Shown: piece after piece, positions 56,905 through 64,000 of the stretch | Numbering within the stretch: the stretch's first letter is position 1 | Layout of the letters: each line of letters begins with the position of its first letter | Translations under genes and position numbers: made by a program | The notes under the pieces: model-generated | What the model saw: the letters and a program-made list of their open reading frames with translations, nothing else | Told to the model about the DNA's origin: nothing | Databases searched by the model: none | Source: Patescibacteria group bacterium | Lineage (GTDB): Bacteria; Patescibacteriota; Microgenomatia; Levybacterales; GWA1-39-11 | DNA length: 64,000 bases | Assembly: GCA_035549295.1 (NCBI GenBank) | Contig: DASZRG010000039.1 | Coordinates: 31 to 64,030 of the forward strand | Direction: 5' to 3'

Positions 56905-58020
56905 ATGGGGAAGGAGTTTAAGAATTTATTTCTCTTCTATACTTCTTATCAGTGGTTTAACAGGATTAGCACTGCTATTCTGCCTACTATATTTCTGGCC
57001 TCAAATCTTACACTTCAAGAAATGGTCTTTGGTATTGCGCTCTGCTTTACTGCTCAGTCCCTCTTGCTTCTATTTGTTAGAAAGCTTTCTTCAAAACTAT
57101 CTTGGAAGATTGCCCTTATTTGTGTTGCTATATATATCTGTCTAATTATATCCATCAAGTCGCCGCTTCAATTCTATCTGGGCTCATCTATAAATGGCTT
57201 TGCGTTGTTTTTCTTTTTTGTTGTCTACAACATTGCTCATTTTGCAAATACGCCAAAACGCAAGCGCGGTCACAGCTCAGCCCTTATGTTTGCAATTCCA
57301 AGCGCAATTGGTGTAGTCGCGCCAATTATTGCAGGGTTTTTCGCGCAACTTAACGTCACTTATCTCTGGGCCATTTCTTTAGCATCCTTCATCCTTTCCT
57401 TCTCGTTTATAAACAGACAAGAAGATTTTAAGGTCAATATTGATATTAGAAAATCTCTCAACTCTATTGAGGCAACTAGGGCTCTAATTTTCATAGAAGG
57501 CGTATGGGAAGCTTTAATATTCGCAGTGATACCCATTTACACACTGTATTTTATCCAAAAACCCCTTAACTACGGAGTCTTTGCTTCATACCTCGCTGTG
57601 CTCAGCGTTATCGCAAACCTAACACTTGGAAGATTGACGGACAAGCTTCAGAAAAGAAGTGTCTTCTTATTTCCTCTGACAATCATCATGGGAGTGGCAA
57701 CCACACTCTTCGCTGTATTTCCACAAAACCTAACCTATTGGATAATAATGACTGGTGTTATTCAATTTCTGCTTCCTCTTTTCTGGAATCTTACCATGGC
57801 TATGGTTGTCGATTCTCACGCAAATCTTAAATTAGCCATTCCGGGACGTGAAATTTTACTTGCAGCGGGGAGAACACTAGGCGCAAGTTTTGTAATAGTG
57901 AGTCTTTGTCTTGAACCCTACCCTCACTACATTTTTATACTACTCGGTATTATCATGTTCGCATTCACAGGAGTTCTGTATTACAACAAGCACCTCACAA
58001 AACGCCACAGCTACCTTTAA
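56905..58020 (+). CDS. MFS transporter
   Basis: About 12 TMs; GRLTDKLQKR motif A in the second half. Confidence 0.8.
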   Translation: MGKEFKNLFLFYTSYQWFNRISTAILPTIFLASNLTLQEMVFGIALCFTAQSLLLLFVRKLSSKLSWKIALICVAIYICLIISIKSPLQFYLGSSINGFALFFFFVVYNIAHFANTPKRKRGHSSALMFAIPSAIGVVAPIIAGFFAQLNVTYLWAISLASFILSFSFINRQEDFKVNIDIRKSLNSIEATRALIFIEGVWEALIFAVIPIYTLYFIQKPLNYGVFASYLAVLSVIANLTLGRLTDKLQKRSVFLFPLTIIMGVATTLFAVFPQNLTYWIIMTGVIQFLLPLFWNLTMAMVVDSHANLKLAIPGREILLAAGRTLGASFVIVSLCLEPYPHYIFILLGIIMFAFTGVLYYNKHLTKRHSYL

Positions 58021-58154
58021 TAATCAGTAACCAAATTCCAATTAACAAACCAATTTTTAAAATCAAAACTGAAAAAACGATTTCTTAATTTAGAATTGAA
58101 AATTTGTTAATTGGTTTGATCAATTGGTAACAGGATATTGGTAAATTCTAGCTA

Positions 58155-58331
58155 CTAAATTCCGAGTGCTCCTGTCACGAGGAAATGATAGAGGATGTAA
58201 GCAATTGCTATCAGAACTACAGCTATCAATATGGGGCGAATAAAGTCGACGAGATATGTGAAAGCCATAAAAAGAAGGCTTATTATGACAATAATAACTA
58301 TTACTCTCAATAAATTCGGATCAATGATCAT
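58155..58331 (-). CDS. Small 2-TM membrane protein (58 aa, below the ORF-track cutoff)
   Basis: MIIDPNLLRVIVIIVIISLLFMAFTYLVDFIRPILIAVVLIAIAYILYHFLVTGALGI*. Confidence 0.6.
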   Translation of the reverse strand: MIIDPNLLRVIVIIVIISLLFMAFTYLVDFIRPILIAVVLIAIAYILYHFLVTGALGI

Positions 58332-58374
58332 TGGTATTATTTAACACAAATTTACAAACTAATGTCAACTGGGG

Positions 58375-58440
58375 TTAGCATTTAGGTTTTAGCTCTTGGT
58401 TCAATTTCTAACACCTAACCCCCAAAACCCAACGCCAAAA
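58375..58440. repeat. 7-nt-period ladder hairpin element, copy E
   Basis: TTAGCAT TTAGGTT TTAGCTC TTGG ... CTAACAC CTAACCC CCAAAAC CCAACG. Confidence 0.7.
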
Positions 58441-58498
58441 TTTCGCTCCGGTTTTCCCCTTGCATCTTGTCTCCAATCATTCTAAAATATTTTGTTCA

Positions 58499-59779
58499 AT
58501 GGATAAAAATTCACTTTACAACGCAAGCGCGGACCAAATCAGAGAAATAGCAAAAAAATTTAAACTCCCCAAAGACAAGGTCGATAACTTCTTAAAACAC
58601 GAAAGGATAGTCGAACTCAATATTCCTTTTACTAATGCTTTGGGAAAAACGGAAAAGATCCCAGGATACAGAATACAGCACAATAGTAAGCTTGGCCCAT
58701 ACAAGGGGGGCATCAGATTTCATCAAAATGTCACTCGCGATGAAGTTATGGCGCTTTCTCTCTGGATGAGTCTCAAATGTGCGGTTGTAAATATCCCCTT
58801 CGGCGGTGGAAAAGGTGGGGTCACAATCGACCCAAAAAGTCTTTCAGAGGAAGAGCTCGAAACTCTTTCACGTGCTTATTCAAGAGCAATTTATGACATC
58901 ATAGGTCCTGACATAGACGTTCCAGCACCTGATGTTAACACTAACGCGAAGATCATAAATTGGATGACAGATGAGTACATAAAAATCGCAAAGAAGAGAA
59001 AAGAATACACCTCCAAAAGTATAGGGACATTTACTGGAAAGCCTGTTAAAAAAGGTGGTCTTGAAGCTCGCGAAGAAGCAACTGGTTTTGGTGGCGCTGT
59101 AATTCTTGATCACCTTGCAAAACAACTCAAACTAAAACCCGAAAAGACAACAATTGCTGTTCAGGGTTTTGGGAATGTCGGGTATTTCTTCGCCCATCAT
59201 GCAGCTGCACGTGGCTTTTTAGTTACCGCACTTTCTGATTCAAAGGGAGGTATCACCAAAAAAGGCACAACTGCAACAGTTTCGCTTGATATAGAAAAGG
59301 TGATGGAATGCAAAAATGAACAAGGATATCTCGCTGGTTGCTACTGCGTCGGCGGCGTTTGCGATATAAGCGAGGGGCGCGTGATAACCAACGAAGAATT
59401 ACTAGCACTTCCAGTTGATGTACTCGTCCCGTCAGCACTTGAAAATGTGATTAATAAAGACAACATGAAAAATATAAAAGCCAAAATTATCATAGAGATG
59501 GCAAATGGTCCCGTTACACCTGAGGCTTATGACTATCTCACCAAAAAAGGAGTAATCATAGTTCCTGATATTCTTGCAAATGCCGGTGGAGTCACAGGAT
59601 CATGGATCGAATGGAAGCAAAACGTAGAGACTAAAAACTACACCAAAAAACAAGGACTCGATCTTCTTGATAAAAAAATGGAGACAGCATTTTCTGAGAT
59701 CTGGTCAACAATGAAGAAAAACAAAAGCACAATGCGCGAGGCAGCACTTCTTGTTGCACTTGCTCGCTTGATGGACTAA
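58499..59779 (+). CDS. gdhA: Glu/Leu/Phe/Val dehydrogenase (glutamate dehydrogenase)
   Basis: GPYKGGIRFH, GGGKGG, PAPDVNT, TGKP, ATGFG, QGFGNVG, EMANGP, PDILANAGGV. Confidence 0.92.
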   Translation: MDKNSLYNASADQIREIAKKFKLPKDKVDNFLKHERIVELNIPFTNALGKTEKIPGYRIQHNSKLGPYKGGIRFHQNVTRDEVMALSLWMSLKCAVVNIPFGGGKGGVTIDPKSLSEEELETLSRAYSRAIYDIIGPDIDVPAPDVNTNAKIINWMTDEYIKIAKKRKEYTSKSIGTFTGKPVKKGGLEAREEATGFGGAVILDHLAKQLKLKPEKTTIAVQGFGNVGYFFAHHAAARGFLVTALSDSKGGITKKGTTATVSLDIEKVMECKNEQGYLAGCYCVGGVCDISEGRVITNEELLALPVDVLVPSALENVINKDNMKNIKAKIIIEMANGPVTPEAYDYLTKKGVIIVPDILANAGGVTGSWIEWKQNVETKNYTKKQGLDLLDKKMETAFSEIWSTMKKNKSTMREAALLVALARLMD

Positions 59780-59788
59780 CATACGTCT

Positions 59789-60985
59789 ATGGGCGTCAAC
59801 GAAGACTCGGTCAAACTCCACCAGAAACTCCACGGAAAACTCTCTGTAAAGCCGAAGATAAAAGTTAAGACAAGAGAAGATCTTTCACTTGCCTACACTC
59901 CCGGTGTCGCTGAGGTCTGTCGAGAAATTAAAAATGACCCTGATCAAGTTTATGAACTTACAATCAAACGAAATTCGGTCGCCGTCGTATCTGACGGGTC
60001 GGCTGTACTTGGCTTGGGAAATATAGGTGCAAGTGCAGCAATTCCGGTTATGGAAGGGAAAGCACTACTTTTCAAAGAATATGCGGATATTGACGCATTT
60101 CCTATTACTGTCGAAACTCAAAGCGCATTTGAAATAATCAGTCTTGTCAAAAATATTGCTCCAGTTTTTGGAGGGATAAATCTTGAGGACATCTCAGCTC
60201 CAAGGTGTTTTGAAATAGAACAAGCTCTTCAAGATATTGGTATTCCGGTATTCCATGATGACCAACACGGTACGGCGATTGTCATCCTCGCAGCACTTAT
60301 CAATGCCTGCAAACTTACAGACAAAAAACTTACAGATTTAAAAGTAGTTATACTGGGAGCAGGAGCGGCAGGCACAGCAATCGCGAATCTCCTACTCTGC
60401 GTTGGGCAGGATAAAAAAGTGTGCGAACCAGTTCGCGAAGTTATAGTGGTCGATTCCAAAGGGATTATCAATCGTAGTCGTCCAGACCTTCTGAATAATT
60501 CATCAAAAATGAGACTTGCTGGAATTACCAACAGGCAAGATACCACAGGATCACTTGAAAACGCAATAGTTGGTGCTGATGTATTTATTGGAGTCTCATC
60601 TGGTGGTAAATTACCAGGTAGGCTTATCAAGAAAATGGCAGAAAAGCCAGTTATTCTAGCGATGGCCAACCCAACACCGGAAATAATGCCGGATGAGGCC
60701 CTCAAAAATGGCGCTTATATCGTTGGGACAGGCCGATCTGACCTACCTAATCAGGTTAACAATGTTCTCGCATTTCCAGGGGTTTTTCGAGGCGCTCTTG
60801 ATGCCCGGGCCAAAATTATAACGAGTGGGATGAAGATAGCAGCGGCGTTTGCTCTAGCCAAATCAACCAAAAATTTATCGATTAATAATATCCTACCCTC
60901 TCCTCTCGATAAATCAGTACCAAAGCAGATAGCAAAAGCTGTTCAGAAGACCTACTTGACCGAACAAAAACTCTACAACCTCTAG
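59789..60985 (+). CDS. NAD(P)-dependent malic enzyme (small type)
   Basis: LAYTPGVA, PVMEGK, NLEDI, HDDQHGTA, GAGAAG, MANPTPE, NQVNNVLAFPG. Confidence 0.93.
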   Translation: MGVNEDSVKLHQKLHGKLSVKPKIKVKTREDLSLAYTPGVAEVCREIKNDPDQVYELTIKRNSVAVVSDGSAVLGLGNIGASAAIPVMEGKALLFKEYADIDAFPITVETQSAFEIISLVKNIAPVFGGINLEDISAPRCFEIEQALQDIGIPVFHDDQHGTAIVILAALINACKLTDKKLTDLKVVILGAGAAGTAIANLLLCVGQDKKVCEPVREVIVVDSKGIINRSRPDLLNNSSKMRLAGITNRQDTTGSLENAIVGADVFIGVSSGGKLPGRLIKKMAEKPVILAMANPTPEIMPDEALKNGAYIVGTGRSDLPNQVNNVLAFPGVFRGALDARAKIITSGMKIAAAFALAKSTKNLSINNILPSPLDKSVPKQIAKAVQKTYLTEQKLYNL

Positions 60986-61701
60986 AATCTGACAACGACT
61001 GCTGTTGCGTCATCGTTTGAAAATCCAAATTCAGCTGCTTCTTTCTCCGATCGTGTGGCGGGCTGAATACTACCCAGACCAATGCCAATTCTTCTTCTGG
61101 CAGCATTTACAATAGCGGCTGCGGGATCATCTTCGATCATGCATCTCTCTATTTCTTCTTGAGTTAAATTTCGCCAAATCCCATCTGTAACTAGCACAAG
61201 GCGATCCGCAGGTTTTATATCCAAATGATTAAACTTGGGCTGTAATTGTGCTTCATGACTTCCCAACACGGGTCCAGCTGAGCTATCAATGGCTTCAAAA
61301 AAACATCCGTCAGACAGTAGATACGCTCGGGCATCTCCAACATTTGCCAAATACACATCATTACATGCACTTGACGGGTGGGCGCTGTTGGGTTTTTGCA
61401 CTAGCGCAATCAGACCAGTTGACTCGCCACCCTCGGATAATTTTGAAACTATTGTAGATACTTTATTTAGAACACCTTTAAGACTGTCACGCTCCGAAGT
61501 ATTGAATAGTCCGACAAAACTATCTGCAGCAACATTCGCTGCAAGTCGACCCTCACCATCTCCTCGTCTTCCATCAAATACTCCATATATTCCCAAAAGT
61601 CGCGCGTCAATAAATCTATCTGCGTTTGTCTCTGGACCATTTCTACCCATACTACTCGCCCAAGAATTTATTTCAGGAAGTCTCTCCAATCTTTCTCTCA
61701 T
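60982..61701 (-). CDS. PP2C/SpoIIE-family phosphatase
   Basis: NAD, GVFDG, ANVGDARAY, LVTDGIW, DDATAVVV. Confidence 0.85.
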   Translation of the reverse strand: MRERLERLPEINSWASSMGRNGPETNADRFIDARLLGIYGVFDGRRGDGEGRLAANVAADSFVGLFNTSERDSLKGVLNKVSTIVSKLSEGGESTGLIALVQKPNSAHPSSACNDVYLANVGDARAYLLSDGCFFEAIDSSAGPVLGSHEAQLQPKFNHLDIKPADRLVLVTDGIWRNLTQEEIERCMIEDDPAAAIVNAARRRIGIGLGSIQPATRSEKEAAEFGFSNDDATAVVVRF

Positions 61702-61739
61702 AGATATTAAGCAAGTAAAACTTTAAGGTACTAAGAGGA

Positions 61740-62261
61740 TTATATCTCAAAGACAGTAAGTTGGGAGTGACCATCGTAAACAATTCTTCTATGATTCATT
61801 TTTCTCCTCATAAACATTCTTTCGTAGTTTGATCGATGCCCCGGATTATTTGAACCGCGTTCTTCATAAGTAAATATATCATCACCCTCCACCGACTGCA
61901 GGCTTACTGATTCCGCTCCGGCCCTGACTACTCCAGGATTGTCCATTACGAAATTATGCTGCGCAATATCTACATTTCTCCCAACAGTTAGACCATACTG
62001 AGTATTACCACCAGCGTATTGAAGAACATAGAATTTACCATCAGTTGATATTCTCTCGACATACTCTTGCCCAGCGAACCTTCCTTTATGCTCCGTAGAA
62101 ACATCGACGTATCTCATTCCAGACTTTTCGTATTTAAATCCGTACTCATTAGCCTTTCCGGTCGGATAATTTGGTTCTCCACCAATCTTATAGCTCTTTC
62201 GTCTTGATTCGGCAACGAATTCTTGCACATCCTCTGGTACAGCTCTCAAAAGTTCACTCAT
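61740..62261 (-). CDS. Hypothetical protein, DUF5680-like
   Basis: Y.D...GRFAGQEYV...QYAGG...YE.M...VYDG pattern. Confidence 0.5.
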   Translation of the reverse strand: MSELLRAVPEDVQEFVAESRRKSYKIGGEPNYPTGKANEYGFKYEKSGMRYVDVSTEHKGRFAGQEYVERISTDGKFYVLQYAGGNTQYGLTVGRNVDIAQHNFVMDNPGVVRAGAESVSLQSVEGDDIFTYEERGSNNPGHRSNYERMFMRRKMNHRRIVYDGHSQLTVFEI

Positions 62262-62340
62262 TCCGGAATATTATCAAACAACTATTCTTAAGTCAATGCT
62301 ATAGGCCTCTATATTTTTGGTAATAGCCTAAAGCCATAGT

Positions 62341-62460
62341 CTCCCTCTCCTTATTTATTGTAATGACTTAAACATTGATTTCCTTCTCCCTGGAGGGGAG
62401 AAGGTTAGGATGAGGGTGGGCGAAAATACAATGCAAATTAGGGAGAGGATTTGATGAGGT
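62341..62460. repeat. REP-like elements of the CCTTCTCCC/GGGAGAAGG-GATGAGG type
   Basis: CCTTCTCCC-TGGAG-GGGAGAAGG-TTAGGATGAGGG, nested within CTCTCC...GGAGAG-GATTTGATGAGG. Confidence 0.5.
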
Positions 62461-62558
62461 AAGAATAACTTTCGAAGCTAATACTGGCAAGGACGGACCC
62501 TACCACAGATGGGCGGTAGTTTTACTATCCTATAGCGGTTTGGTATAATTCATGCCAT

Positions 62559-63233
62559 ATGGGTTGCGAACAGGAAGCATTTACATCGATTGCCAGTGGT
62601 CTACAGAGTCCTGGAGTCAAAGAGGCATTTTCTTCGGCTGCCGCAGGCAAAGGCGAGATAAATCTACCTCAGGAGCTGAGGGTTATTAATAGATGCTTTG
62701 AAAAGGTAAATGTGATGCTCGCAAGCACAGATCCTATTCACCGCGATTTTGCCGGAGTTAGAGACACAAAAATCTTGCTGCAGATAAACAATACTACCCC
62801 GGCCATACTCCCCAACCCATTTGCTGGAACTGATTCAAGAAGAACTTGGATTCTAAACTGGTCCGAAACTCTTAATGAAACTATCAAGACAGGTAATGAA
62901 GAAATTAAGCCAGCTGGGACGGTATACATGGATCCTTCTGAAATAAATGGCGGAAATCCACTGAGCGTATTTGAGTGGTATCTCTACGATGGTGCGGCTC
63001 GCATGGTCGCAATTCACTTAGGCTTCCAAAATAAAGATCAAGAGCAAGAAAATGCAGGAGACTCAATCGCATGCGCACTTACTGAGGCGGCTGTAGTCCT
63101 GGCAGAAGAGGGGGATTCAGAAGCACGCGATGTAGTCAAAAACATGCTTGATATGAAATTTATTGTTCACGATTGGGCTTTCGCCCATGAACTAGTTGTG
63201 CGCGCTGAAAAAGTTGCTAATAGTCAAACCTAA
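62559..63233 (+). CDS. Hypothetical protein
   Basis: 224-aa ORF preceded by TGgTATAAT. Confidence 0.65.
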   Translation: MGCEQEAFTSIASGLQSPGVKEAFSSAAAGKGEINLPQELRVINRCFEKVNVMLASTDPIHRDFAGVRDTKILLQINNTTPAILPNPFAGTDSRRTWILNWSETLNETIKTGNEEIKPAGTVYMDPSEINGGNPLSVFEWYLYDGAARMVAIHLGFQNKDQEQENAGDSIACALTEAAVVLAEEGDSEARDVVKNMLDMKFIVHDWAFAHELVVRAEKVANSQT

Positions 63234-63651
63234 AGTTTTCCAGAAGTGTTCTTCCGTCATTTGAGAGATTGAGTTCCAAAGCTTGATCTTTACTCATCCA
63301 CTTATATTCATCGTGTTCCCAATTGAGCACCACTTCTTCGGAATCAACTTTACATCTGTAACCAACAATTAAAACGAAGTCATTATCCCGGTTTGTGTAT
63401 GTGTGTAGAAAATATGGAGACAGGTCAGCGACAGAAAGCTGAGTCTCCTCTTCTATTTCACGCTTCACAGCCGCATATGGCTCTTCGCCGTTTTCAAGAG
63501 ATCCACCAGGTAGTGACCATTTGCCTGCCCCACCCACTTTATCTGATCTCAAAAGAACCAAGATTTGGTTTTTACTGTTTAGAATTATCGCCTTTTGCCC
63601 TATGAGTGCGAAGTCTTTTTTGTGGACATGATTTGGATCATAGTCATTCAT
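63217..63651 (-). CDS. NUDIX hydrolase
   Basis: WSLPGGSLENGE...REIEEET, EHDEYKW; start MNDYD 1 nt after the upstream stop. Confidence 0.88.
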   Translation of the reverse strand: MNDYDPNHVHKKDFALIGQKAIILNSKNQILVLLRSDKVGGAGKWSLPGGSLENGEEPYAAVKREIEEETQLSVADLSPYFLHTYTNRDNDFVLIVGYRCKVDSEEVVLNWEHDEYKWMSKDQALELNLSNDGRTLLENFRFDY

Positions 63652-63652
63652 T

Positions 63653-64000
63653 TTAAGCTGCGCTCGGCACTTGGAGGACCCAATTTTTTGAGACGCGGGG
63701 ATCACTGCATAGATTTCGATTGAAGCAGCACGGTCTTCGCATGCCTTTATTGAGCTTATCAAGCATCACATCGAGGTGTTTTTGGCGAGTCTCCTCAGTT
63801 TTTACAGCGCGCACCCATCTTACCCAGTCCCAGTGCGCAAGCGGCGTTGTATCGTCCCATAAAGCCTTGGCTTTAGGAGAAGTTTCAAGTGCTTTCTGCA
63901 TGTCGACTGGAACTTCTGGCTCAACCCAGTCTTGAGTAGGCTCTAGTGAAACCTTAACTGTATCACCCTCTTTTGCCTTGGCATCGACAAGCAATTTTTT
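63653..64000 (-). CDS. YdeI/OmpD-associated (OmdA) family protein, 5' end outside window
   Basis: VPVDMQKAL...A..LWD..TP...DWVRWV..VKTEETR, RRPCCFNR. Confidence 0.8.
   Translation of the reverse strand, partial: KKLLVDAKAKEGDTVKVSLEPTQDWVEPEVPVDMQKALETSPKAKALWDDTTPLAHWDWVRWVRAVKTEETRQKHLDVMLDKLNKGMRRPCCFNRNLCSDPRVSKNWVLQVPSAA

Noticed and set aside
2803-61726. Many 60-180-aa antisense or alternate-frame ORFs in the track
   Set aside because: They lie within well-supported genes and show no independent motifs
1-64000. CRISPR array, rRNA, tmRNA, integrase, transposase, reverse transcriptase
   Set aside because: No repeat-spacer array with 23-47-nt repeats and no diagnostic motifs seen; the periodic repeats have 7-9-nt units

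Overview
AT-rich, gene-dense bacterial window read with code 11. Gene content suggests a Patescibacteria/CPR genome, Microgenomates-like; this is inferred from gene style, not from a marker gene. The main block is a ~21-kb minus-strand cell-envelope region (12.8-33.8 kb). It runs HTH_17 regulator, four fused glycan enzymes, GT2/GT4s, two GT-C membrane proteins, a secreted GH-A-like protein, an LAXTG substrate plus sortase, and a large secreted GSDH/PKD repeat protein. A peptidoglycan cluster follows (murE, femX-like, DegT-like, hydrolase, murF, dacA-like). Other genes include typA, rarA, a Zur-like/ZIP unit with two clear operators, gdh plus malic enzyme, and many standalone accessory genes (PurD-like ATP-grasp, SDR-hotdog fusion, tandem OmpR-type DNA-binding domains, PPDK/RPH-like protein, PP2C, kinase-like). 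Five tRNA loci are present: Gln, Leu, Ala, Pro and Gly. The Leu locus carries a 34-nt D-arm insertion and looks chimeric. Intergenic DNA holds several dispersed repeat families (TGTCA...TGACA REP-like elements, 7-nt-period ladder hairpins, 9-nt GATAC arrays) and two candidate structured RNAs. Many genes have a -10 box 5-8 nt from the start codon, which suggests leaderless transcription. I saw no rRNA, CRISPR array, integrase, transposase or reverse transcriptase.
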